Positions 9,661 through 18,979 of a DNA stretch of 64,000 nucleotides are shown one piece after another. A program made the position numbers and the translations under genes. Source of the stretch: an uncultured Verrucomicrobiae bacterium (GTDB lineage Bacteria > Verrucomicrobiota > Verrucomicrobiia > Limisphaerales > Palsa-1400); assembly GCA_963764165.1 (NCBI GenBank), contig CAVXRD010000002.1:832001-896000 (forward strand), given 5' to 3'. Each line of letters opens with the position of its first letter. Position 1 is the stretch's first letter. The notes beneath the pieces are model-generated. The model worked only from the letters and a program-made list of their open reading frames with translations. It did not search any database and was not told where the DNA came from.

Positions 9661-11368
9661 GCAGTGCTATTTCGGAAAACTCTTCATTTTTGGCAAAGTT
9701 TTAGGCGGCGAGTTTGGTCAATTTGTCCACGTCCGCTTTGCGGGCGGTCAAGAGCGCAGTAATGGTGGTGCGCCCTTTCTCGGTGACAACATAGCGGTGG
9801 GTGCCGCTGACTTTGGCGATCAAGCCATGCGCTCGCAGGAGCCGCAGTCGGCGTCCAATCCAGCCCATTCTGCGTTTGAGTTCGCGGTCATCGCACCGGC
9901 TGGGAAAATAGGCCTGCCGAATGTCTCGACTGCGAAAGCCGTTGAGGGCGTACTCTCCCTGGCTGACCATTTCCAAAAGGCGTCCGTCCTCCGGGGCCCA
10001 AGGATTGAGGGCGCGGTAGCGCCGCCCCGCCTGCCGCAGGGGCTTGCAGCATTTTTCAACCCATTGGAACAGCGGCACCGTTCCGCTGACGGATCCCAAC
10101 GCCTGCAAATAACGTTCATTGGCCCGGTGAGAGATTTCTTTGCGCCGTTTCAGGTCGGCCAGCCCCCGGCGCAATGTCAGCCAGCGTTTGGCCTCCTTGG
10201 GCCGGCCTTCCGGTTTGCGATAAACTTTAAATTCCTCCGGGTGCGTCACCGTCGTTTCGATCCGCAAAACCGAGCCCTGCTTGTCGTAAAATTTGATCGA
10301 GTTGCCGTTAAGACTGTGCTTGACCCGCACGCCCTCCGGCCGCCGTTTGGTGTCGCTGGTGATTTCGCCCTCAAACTGGCCTGTACACCCTGCCCGTGCT
10401 GATGGGAACGTATCGGCCCAAAAACCTCATCACGTCCGCGCTGGAAAAGGAACTGATGGCATGGTGAACCAGGCTGGGATAAAGCCGGGCCAGGCTCTCG
10501 GGCTCCTTGAAAATGACATCGGTGGCATATTCGGTGTCCGAAGCGCTCCAATAGTATTTGAGGTTCAGCGGCTGGCAAATCGACCGGTGCAGGGGATGAA
10601 CCTCATTGAGCAGCCGGCCCAGCTCCTTGGGCCAGTCAGTTTGCAGTTGCTGGTCCAGCAGGCCTTGAGCGCGCCCCATATCGGCCACCCGCAAAAAGGT
10701 GTTCTCCTTCTTTTGATAGGCAATGCCTGCCTGATCCAACTGCTTTCCCAGCCAATGCCGGCCATTGAGGCAGATATTAATCTGGAAGGGAAACCAGGTT
10801 TGCAGGCGCAGGTGCATGAAGCCAAACTTGGAATGCTCGAAATAGAAATAAAGATGGCTGCACTTGCGCTGCTGAACCTTCACCTCAATGTGTTTGGTTT
10901 GGGGGTTTCCGACGACTTGAAAGGACATGCAGGGTTCCGTGCAATTGAGAATGGCGATCAGTCCCTCGGTGATTTTATCGCGGGCGGCAATCTTGCGCGC
11001 CACCTCCTCCTTGCTGGTTTGGCTGGAGGGGACGAAAAGAAAAGGCCGCCCGGCTGTTTGTGCCAGGGCCCTGGCTTTGTCTTTGACCGCTTTGGTGGTC
11101 CGTTCGACCAACTGGCTGAAATCCTTGATCAGAATGTGGCAGGCGTTCAAGTAGGCCTCCATCACCTGGGGGCCGTACAACTGGCGCAGCGTCCCGCGCA
11201 ATCGCAGGCGATCAAAGCCCGAAAGAACTCCTAGAATTGAGGAAGCATGTTTGTGTACAAAAGAGTTGGAAGCGCCGTCATGGGTAAGCGGTTTGTTTTG
11301 CATACATCCAATCTTACCCAGACCGGACGGCGCTTTCCTCTTATTTTTGGTTGCGGCTTTGCCGCGCT
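9661..11368 (-). mobile_element. Insertion element copy 2
   Basis: Near-identical to 5991-7697; the one difference I noticed is an extra T near 10382. Confidence 0.85.
9701..11303 (-). pseudogene. Frameshifted copy of the 533-aa transposase
   Basis: aactggcctgtacacc versus aactggccgtacacc in copy 1 splits the gene into 310-aa and 209-aa ORFs. Could be an assembly error. Confidence 0.8.
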
Positions 11369-11509
11369 GTGGCCTTGCGCCCTTGCGTTAAATATTCCCT
11401 CTCCCTCGAACTCAGAGGGGAATTTAACGCCAAGACGCCGAGGCCCCAGGGCGCAAAGATTTCGCCGAGTGCAGGAGTATTTTGAGGTCAAATCCGTCAA
11501 ATGAATAAC

Positions 11510-11979
11510 ATGAAAATCATCCGCCCGCTCGTGCTTGCAACGGCTTTCGTTCTCGGCTTCGCCTACATCGTCGGGGCGCGCGCCGTTCGCATCTGGCCGT
11601 ATCAAGAGCTTCTTGAAAAGTCTGACTTAGTGGTCCTTGCCACTCCCACAGCCACCAACGATACAACGGAGCACATCGACCTGCCTGGCTTCGCTGGCGA
11701 GCACGTCATCGGCTTCGAAACTAGATTTACCGTTTCAGCAGGTACTCAAGGGTGATAAGTCGCGAAAGGATTTTGTGTTTCACCACTACCGAACCACCGA
11801 CGGTTCAAATATTCCCCACATTGCTAACGGCCCGACTTTTGTCTCCTTCAAACTTGCCACGAACCCGACAGTTGCTCCGAGTGACATTTATTCTCTTCCT
11901 CATACGCGAACCGGATGGGCGCTTCGGGCCCGTAGTTGGTCAAACAGACCCCCGGGGAGCCGTTAGAGAACTTAGATAA
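11510..11979 (+). pseudogene. Secreted hypothetical protein broken by two frameshifts
   Basis: Signal peptide plus ELLEKSDLVVLATP continues across three frames (...FTVSA / VLKGDKS... / VTFILFLIREPDGRF). Confidence 0.55.
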
Positions 11980-12118
11980 ATCAGCAGATCCGCTTTCGCA
12001 TATTTGGCCGCTCGGCATCCTTTCGTTGCGCGGATCGAAAAGGCCACGTTCCGCAAACCCGCGGTAGAAAAAAGCGTTATGGATTGGCACTGCCGCTGGT
12101 TCGGATTATCCTCCGCTC

Positions 12119-12982
12119 ATGCTTTCGCGACTCAGAAACAGATTGGTTCATGCAGACCGGCGGAACTTCGTCGCGTTTCTTGGATGGAGCTTTTGCGCCG
12201 TCTTTGGCTGTTTCGCGGGGCCTGAAGTTTCGAGTTCACCCGATTCCGACTCCGCAGTCCTGACGATTAAGTTTATTTCACAAGACGGTAAGGCGATGCG
12301 AAAGGTGGAAATCCCCGCGCGGCCCGGCGTTCCGTTCGCGGTGAAAACCAATGATGCGGCTGGCAATCATTTTCAGGTGACCGGCAAGCTGCTGCAGAAG
12401 GCCGGACACAAGGTAGGGTTTGAGCAAGTTCGCGTGGCATTTCAGGCGGCGGATGGCGCAGACGGTTTTTCCGGCGTGGGGCCGTCCGAGCTGGAACTCG
12501 GGCGGGAATGGAGCGTGTATATGGTGGCTGGGCTTACGCTCTATGGATACAGCGTCAGCTATGCGGACAAGAACAGTCCTCTGATCAAGGCCGTTCCGGG
12601 CGCAGGCGGGCTTGCGGTGACTTTTTTGGGAATTCGCGGCACCAATACGATAGGCGGCGCGCCCATTCCGGAGGGAACGCCGGTTTTCGAACAGTGTGGA
12701 ACCAATCCGCCCCAGCGAATAAATGTGAAAGTCGGTGCGGGCAACACTTACGAAGAGCCGGTTGGGTTTTTCATGCCAATCGTCCCCTCTTCTTCCGCAG
12801 ACGACGCGCAATCCCCGCAAAACATGCCTGCGATGAAAGCGCCGGACGACCGCATCTCGTTTACGAACAAGGGGTACATCTATATTAACGGGTCAAATGT
12901 TGGGACGCTTTCGCGCATCGTCACCTTGTCAAATCCGTCACCGGGGAGTTCGGCGGGTATAGTAACAGTCAAGTCGAATTAG
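12119..12982 (+). CDS. Hypothetical exported protein
   Basis: 287-aa ORF with an N-terminal hydrophobic segment; no family recognised. Confidence 0.55.
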   Translation: MLSRLRNRLVHADRRNFVAFLGWSFCAVFGCFAGPEVSSSPDSDSAVLTIKFISQDGKAMRKVEIPARPGVPFAVKTNDAAGNHFQVTGKLLQKAGHKVGFEQVRVAFQAADGADGFSGVGPSELELGREWSVYMVAGLTLYGYSVSYADKNSPLIKAVPGAGGLAVTFLGIRGTNTIGGAPIPEGTPVFEQCGTNPPQRINVKVGAGNTYEEPVGFFMPIVPSSSADDAQSPQNMPAMKAPDDRISFTNKGYIYINGSNVGTLSRIVTLSNPSPGSSAGIVTVKSN

Positions 12983-13012
12983 CCCAACGACGGGAGCGGT
13001 GGGCAATCGAAC

Positions 13013-14524
13013 TTGTTGTATACTATACGTCACTGGGTTAGATACCCCATAACCCATTGCGGGGTGTCCAGATACAACTGTTTCGTGATTCCTCAGGATC
13101 TTACGGGGTCGAGCGGGCTTCCGACAGAGGGGGATGGGAATCGAGTTTCTGAGGGTGTCAAATCAACTGGCGAAGCGCATCCCCCGTTTGTCCCCGGCCA
13201 TGAAACGCAAATAAGACGCGCTGAAATGCGAACGGCTCAAGCGGAAGCGCGAACCGAAGAAGCCCGCACCCGAACTGAACAGGCAGAAACCCGGACGGAA
13301 CAAGCCGAGACGCGCACCGAGCAGGCCAGAACGCGCACGGAAAAAGCCGAGGCCCGGACCGAAGAAGCGGAAACGCGCAGCGAGCAAGTAATCCGCGACT
13401 CTGAAATCCGGTATCGCCGCTTATTTGAAGCCACCAAGGATGGCATCTTGATTCTGGAAGCGGACACGGGGCGGATAAGCGACGCCAATCCGTTCCTTAT
13501 GGAAATGCTCGGCTTTTCTCACGACGAACTGGTCGGGAAACCCATTTGGGAGCTGGGCCCTTTCAAAGATGTCGTTTCCAACAAAGCCAATTTTGAGAAA
13601 TTGCATCGGCAAGGGTATGTGCTCGCAAAAAACCTGCCGATGGAAACGAGAGACGGCCGCAAGATCGCCGTTGAATTTGTCACCAACGTGTATCATTCGG
13701 GCGACCGCAACGCAATTCAATGCAACGTCCGCGACATCACGGAGCGCTGCCAGGCCGAGGAGCAAATCCAAGCCATTCATGCGCAACTGGAAAGACGCGT
13801 CGCCGAATGCACAGCGCAACTGGAATCCGTCAATGCGGAGTTGAAATCCGCCAATTTCGAGCTGGATGCCTTCAGTTATTCTGTCTCCCACGACTTGGTC
13901 GCGCCTGTGCGCCAAGTCATCGGCTTTGTCGAACTGCTTCAGAAAGACCCGGCCCTGTCGCTGTCTGAAAAAAATCTGGGCCGCATGGCGATGATTCTCG
14001 ATGCCTCAAAACGCATGGAGGCCATGATAAAGGACCTGCTGGCCTTCTCGCGCGTTGGAAAATTCGAGATGCAGATGGCGACCGTCAACCTCAGCGAATT
14101 GGTTCGAGGGACCTTGGGCTATTTCGCAAAAGAGACGGAAAGCAGGAATATCGCTTGGGAAATCCACCCTCTGCCGCCCGTGCGCGGAAGCCTGGCCTTG
14201 CTGCGAATGGTGCTGGTCAATCTGATGTCCAACGCAGTCAAATTTACCGGAGCGTGCGACGAGGCAAAAATCGAAATCGGCTGCTTTCCCGGCCTCGAAA
14301 GCGAGACGACGATATTTGTTCGCGACAATGGCGCTGGATTCGATCCGGCATGCGTCGGAAAGCTTTTTGGGGTGTTTCAGCGCCTGCATACGGAGGCCCA
14401 GTTCGAAGGCACCGGAATAGGTTTGGCCAATGTTCACCGGATCATACAGCGCCACAGCGGCAGGGTTTGGGCCGAGGGCGTGGTGGACGGCGGCGCGACA
14501 TTTTATTTTTCGATTCCCAAATAG
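13013..14524 (+). CDS. PAS-domain sensor histidine kinase with N-terminal heptad repeats (start uncertain)
   Basis: PAS (YRRLFE..DGILILE..ANP), H-box FSYSVSHDL, NLMSNAVKF, DNGAGFD, GTGIGLA; (RTEQAET)-type repeats. Confidence 0.9.
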   Translation: MLYTIRHWVRYPITHCGVSRYNCFVIPQDLTGSSGLPTEGDGNRVSEGVKSTGEAHPPFVPGHETQIRRAEMRTAQAEARTEEARTRTEQAETRTEQAETRTEQARTRTEKAEARTEEAETRSEQVIRDSEIRYRRLFEATKDGILILEADTGRISDANPFLMEMLGFSHDELVGKPIWELGPFKDVVSNKANFEKLHRQGYVLAKNLPMETRDGRKIAVEFVTNVYHSGDRNAIQCNVRDITERCQAEEQIQAIHAQLERRVAECTAQLESVNAELKSANFELDAFSYSVSHDLVAPVRQVIGFVELLQKDPALSLSEKNLGRMAMILDASKRMEAMIKDLLAFSRVGKFEMQMATVNLSELVRGTLGYFAKETESRNIAWEIHPLPPVRGSLALLRMVLVNLMSNAVKFTGACDEAKIEIGCFPGLESETTIFVRDNGAGFDPACVGKLFGVFQRLHTEAQFEGTGIGLANVHRIIQRHSGRVWAEGVVDGGATFYFSIPK

Positions 14525-14604
14525 AACGGCATCAATATGGCGACTACACGCACCAAAATAATCGCTCCATCAACGACGGCCGCCGGGGCGAGGCCGGCCA
14601 ATAA

Positions 14605-16158
14605 ATGAAATCACCTCTCCGCATCCTCCATTTGGAGGACGATCCGCGGGACGCCGCGCTTGTGCATGCCGCCTTGGAAGACCAAAGCATTAAGTGTGAA
14701 TCCATTCTCGTGCAAAACCGCAATGATTTTGTGGCGGAGCTTGAGCGCGGCGGAATTGACTTGATCCTTTCGGATTTCTCGCTGCCGACGTTTGATGGTT
14801 TGGCCGCGGCCCAAATCGTGCGACAGCGCTGGCCGGCCATACCGTTGATACTCGTGTCTGGAACGCTTGGCGAAGACTTGTGCATTGATTCGTTCAAAAA
14901 CGGCGCGACAGATTATGTGTTGAAAGAGCGTCTATCCCGGCTCGCTCCGGCGGTGCGCCGCGCCATGGAGGAATCCGAACGGCGCGCTGAACAAAAAAAA
15001 TTGGAAGCCAACCTGATCGAGGCGCAGAAAATGGACGTGCTTGGACAGCTCGCCGGCGGCGTGGCGCACGATTTCAATAACATTCTGGCGGTGATCATGG
15101 GATACACCGACCTGACGATTCGAAAACTGGCCTCCAACAATGAAGCGCTCTCAAATTTGGAGACAATCCGGTCAGCAGCCGAACGCGCGGTCGGATTGAC
15201 TCGGCAACTGCTGATTTTCAGCCGCAAACAAACCGTGCAGCCGACGGTGCTGAACCTCAACGATGTGGTGAGCGACCTGGATAAAATGCTGCGCCGGCTT
15301 ATTGATGAAAACATCGAAATAAAGATCATCCCAGGCCTTCACCTCGGGCGGATCAATGCGGACTCGGGGTATCTTGGCCAGGTGGTGATGAATCTTGTCG
15401 TAAACGCCCGGGACGCCATGCCCGACGGCGGAGTCATCACCATCGCCGCCAGCAATGAAGCGCTGGATGAAAACTTCGCGCGCGCGCACGCGGGTGTCAA
15501 ACCTGGCAGCTATGTGATGCTCAGTGTCAGCGACACGGGAACCGGCATGACGGAGGAAGTCAAATCGCATCTGTTTGAGGCTTTTTTTACGACGAAGCCC
15601 AAGGGCAAGGGGACTGGCCTGGGTTTGACCACCTGCCAGACGATCGTCCATCAATCCTGCGGACATATCGTTGTCGACAGCAAGGTCAGCCACGGCACAA
15701 CCTTCCGCGTCTATTTTCCACGAGTTGACCAGCCACTGGATGTTTCCGCGAAGGCCAGCCAAAATGGGCCGCTGCCGCGGGGGACCGAGACGCTGCTGCT
15801 GGTGGAGGATGAACCGGCCGTGCGCAATGTGACATGCAGAATACTCGAGACCCAAGGCTATCGCGTGCTGCGGGCGAGCAACGGCAAGGAAGGGTTGCAG
15901 GTGGCGCGCGAATTCCATGAGCATCCAATTAGTCTCGTCATCACCGACATCATCATGCCCCTTATGAGTGGGAAAGTAATGGCGGAATGGCTGAAGACCG
16001 CTAATCCTGAGTTAAAAATCCTCTTCACCTCCGGTTACAACGATGAAGCCATTGTAAATCAAGGAGTCTTTGAAAAAGGGGTTGATTTTCTGGCCAAACC
16101 ATTCTCTCCTGCGACGCTGTCCCACAAAATCCGTCAAATGCTGGACGGCCCCTGCTAA
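14605..16158 (+). CDS. Hybrid REC-HisKA-HATPase-REC kinase
   Basis: LRILHLEDD; GGVAHDFNNIL; NLVVNARDAMP; GTGLGL; C-terminal LLVEDE receiver. Confidence 0.92.
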   Translation: MKSPLRILHLEDDPRDAALVHAALEDQSIKCESILVQNRNDFVAELERGGIDLILSDFSLPTFDGLAAAQIVRQRWPAIPLILVSGTLGEDLCIDSFKNGATDYVLKERLSRLAPAVRRAMEESERRAEQKKLEANLIEAQKMDVLGQLAGGVAHDFNNILAVIMGYTDLTIRKLASNNEALSNLETIRSAAERAVGLTRQLLIFSRKQTVQPTVLNLNDVVSDLDKMLRRLIDENIEIKIIPGLHLGRINADSGYLGQVVMNLVVNARDAMPDGGVITIAASNEALDENFARAHAGVKPGSYVMLSVSDTGTGMTEEVKSHLFEAFFTTKPKGKGTGLGLTTCQTIVHQSCGHIVVDSKVSHGTTFRVYFPRVDQPLDVSAKASQNGPLPRGTETLLLVEDEPAVRNVTCRILETQGYRVLRASNGKEGLQVAREFHEHPISLVITDIIMPLMSGKVMAEWLKTANPELKILFTSGYNDEAIVNQGVFEKGVDFLAKPFSPATLSHKIRQMLDGPC

Positions 16159-16381
16159 AAGAGTCGCGACGAAAGGGCGTCATCGCGCTTCTCGTCGGAC
16201 GTACGGGAGGAATAGGACGAATAGGTCATAGGGGGCTTATTTTGCGCTTTAGCAATTCGGGCGAAAGTTCAAGGCGGAAAATGACATGCGTCAACGAAAG
16301 AGTTTGCAAACTTTCAGAAAATTCCCAACAATGCCGAAAAAATGAGACGAAGAGGCACGCAAATGACGCATTCATTTCATT

Positions 16382-18370
16382 TTGAAAACTTTAAGCAGCC
16401 CCAATAGTTCCGCGCGAATTCTATCCGGAATGGCATTCCTTTGCCTTCTGGGACTCGTTTCCATCCCCGCCAACGCCCATTTCTCGGACGGCGATGACGA
16501 TGATCTTTTCAACAAGCCTCTCCAGGACTTAATGCAGATGCAGGTGACCATCGCCAAGGGAACCCCGGAAAGCCTGGCCGATACCTCCGCCGCCGTCTCA
16601 GTCATCACTCAGGATGACATCCAGCGCTCGGGGGCGACCTCCATTGCCGAAGCGCTGCGCACGGTCCCGGGCATGGACGTGGCCCGGCTGGATAGCCACA
16701 CTTGGGCGGTGAGCGCTCGCGGGTTCAACGATGTTTTCGCGGACAAGCTTCTGGTTCTTATTGACGGGCGGACGGTTTACACGCCGCTGTTCTCGGGCGT
16801 GTTCTGGGATGTGCAGGATACCTTGCTGGAGGACATCGACCATATCGAGGTTGTCCGTGGGCCGGGCGCGACGCTTTGGGGCGCCAACGCCGTCAATGGT
16901 GTCATCAATATCATCACCAAGTCCGCCGCCAATACGGAGGGGGTGCTGGTTTCGGGCGGCGGCGGAACGCAGGAAGGCGATTTCGCAAACGTGCGCTACG
17001 GAGCTTCCCTGGCCCCGGGGATTTTCCTTCGCGGCTACGCCCGGTATTTCGACCGTGACGATTCGAACCTCCCAAAAGGCAGCCCCGCCGACGACGCGTG
17101 GTCGATGTTCCGCGGCGGATTTCGTTTTGACATCGACCGCACCAACCAAAACACGCTGACCATCCAGGGTGACGGCTACACAGGAAACGAGCATGAGATT
17201 TACATGGTCGCGCCCGCGCCCCTCGCATCGGTGGACAATGTTTCCGGCGAGAATCTTTCGGGCCGGTGGCAGCACGCCTTTTCCGAAGACTCGAATTTGA
17301 AGGTGCAGCTTGACATGGATCGAACAGTGCGCGACGCGGTGGTCTTTGGCGAGGAGCGGAACACGTTTGACCTCAATGCCCAGCATAATTTCGACATCGG
17401 CGAGCGCAACGAGGTCGTGTGGGGACTGGAATACCGCTTTTCGGATGCCGTCCTGCGAAACACTCCTTACCTCACATTCACTGATCCGTATCGGAGCCTG
17501 AATTGGTACACGGCGTTCCTTCAGGACGACGTCGCGCTTGTCCACACAAATCTCCATTTGATCGTCGGCTCCAAATTTGAGGACAACGATTTTACGGGTT
17601 TCGAAGTGCAACCCAGCGCGCGGCTGCTTTGGACGCCGGGCGGACGGCAGACTGTGTGGGGTTCGGTGTCACGGGCGGTGCGAACTCCGTCAGAGGCGGA
17701 AACCGAAGTTGTTCTCAACACGGCTGGAATTCCGGCAGTCGGAAATCCGCGCATGCTGTCTGAAGAACTTCTAGCTTACGAATTGGGATACCGGATTCAA
17801 CCGCTTGACCGCCTGTCGCTGGAAGCCACGGCTTACTACAATCACTACGACCGTTTGCGCAGCGAGAATTTGATGATCACCGGAACCGGCCCCGAGCTTG
17901 AGGCCGGCAACACCATTGGCGCGCACGGTTACGGCGGCGAGCTTTCCGGCTCCTGGCAAGTTTCCCACCCGTGGCGATTGCAGACGGGATTGAGCTACAG
18001 CGAGATTAACACAACTGGCTCCGATCAAATTCACACCGAGGATTTGCTGGCGTGGTCGAATCCGCGCTATCAGGCGTTCCTGCGCTCGTCGCTGGACATC
18101 CTGACGAATGTTTCGCTGGACGGCACTCTGCGGTATGTCGATACGATCTCGTTTCCGGCTTCGGGATTGCCGGGCGTCGATACGCGGATTCCGTCCTATG
18201 TGACCTTCGACGCCAGATTGTCATGGCGCGTGACGAAAAATGTGGAAGTCTCGATTGTCGGCCAGAACCTCGCGCAATCGCAGCATTTGGAATTTGCCCC
18301 GACCACCATCCCCACCGAACAAACGGCAGTATTGCGAAGCGTTTACGGCAAGGTAACGCTGCGCTTCTGA
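16382..18370 (+). CDS. TonB-dependent outer-membrane receptor
   Basis: Plug motifs LLVLIDGR and IEVVRGPGATLWGANAVNGVINIITK; C-terminal barrel strand ending in F. Confidence 0.92.
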   Translation: MKTLSSPNSSARILSGMAFLCLLGLVSIPANAHFSDGDDDDLFNKPLQDLMQMQVTIAKGTPESLADTSAAVSVITQDDIQRSGATSIAEALRTVPGMDVARLDSHTWAVSARGFNDVFADKLLVLIDGRTVYTPLFSGVFWDVQDTLLEDIDHIEVVRGPGATLWGANAVNGVINIITKSAANTEGVLVSGGGGTQEGDFANVRYGASLAPGIFLRGYARYFDRDDSNLPKGSPADDAWSMFRGGFRFDIDRTNQNTLTIQGDGYTGNEHEIYMVAPAPLASVDNVSGENLSGRWQHAFSEDSNLKVQLDMDRTVRDAVVFGEERNTFDLNAQHNFDIGERNEVVWGLEYRFSDAVLRNTPYLTFTDPYRSLNWYTAFLQDDVALVHTNLHLIVGSKFEDNDFTGFEVQPSARLLWTPGGRQTVWGSVSRAVRTPSEAETEVVLNTAGIPAVGNPRMLSEELLAYELGYRIQPLDRLSLEATAYYNHYDRLRSENLMITGTGPELEAGNTIGAHGYGGELSGSWQVSHPWRLQTGLSYSEINTTGSDQIHTEDLLAWSNPRYQAFLRSSLDILTNVSLDGTLRYVDTISFPASGLPGVDTRIPSYVTFDARLSWRVTKNVEVSIVGQNLAQSQHLEFAPTTIPTEQTAVLRSVYGKVTLRF

Positions 18371-18388
18371 CCAGGGCTAATAAAAACA

Positions 18389-18979
18389 ATGCTGTTTGAT
18401 TCCTTCATTTCGGGAATGCGCGGGAAGCTATTGGCGGTGACGGCCTTGATTTTCGTTTTGACGTTCACAGTGACAACCGCGGCCACGGACTCCACGCCGT
18501 CCGAATACGAGCTCAAAGCGGCGTTCATTTACAAATTCGCCAAGTTCGTCGATTGGCCCCCGGACGCTTTTTCGGCGCCGGATACTCCTCTCGTTCTCGC
18601 GGTTCTTGGCGACGATAATTCCAGCAAGGACATGGATGCGATCAACGGCCGCACGGTTGGAGCGCACCCCATTAAAATCCAGCGCGTGCGAACCGGCACA
18701 AACCTTCCGCCCTGCCAAATCCTGGTCATCTTGCGTTCCGCCCGCCAAGGCGCGCCCGCCATGCTGGAGGCGGCACGGTCACGAAACATTCTGACGGTGG
18801 GCGACGGCTTGAAGGAATTTGCCGAATCCGGCGCGATCATCAACCTCGTCAATTCGCCCGACGGAAAAATCCGCTTCGAAATTAACGTGGACGCGGCCAG
18901 GAGAGCCAATTTGAAAATTGAGTCAACGCTGCTGAACCTCGCCAAGATCATTCGCGACAACCATTCCGCAAGTCCATAA
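18389..18979 (+). CDS. YfiR/DUF4154 family periplasmic protein
   Basis: EYELKAAFIYKFAKFVDWP...KIRFEINVDAARRANLKIESTLLNLA. Confidence 0.88.
   Translation: MLFDSFISGMRGKLLAVTALIFVLTFTVTTAATDSTPSEYELKAAFIYKFAKFVDWPPDAFSAPDTPLVLAVLGDDNSSKDMDAINGRTVGAHPIKIQRVRTGTNLPPCQILVILRSARQGAPAMLEAARSRNILTVGDGLKEFAESGAIINLVNSPDGKIRFEINVDAARRANLKIESTLLNLAKIIRDNHSASP

Noticed and set aside
13226..13390. CRISPR-like or non-coding tandem array (also considered for 42148-42220)
   Set aside because: No spacers; the units are in-frame coding repeats with synonymous variation; no cas genes in the window.
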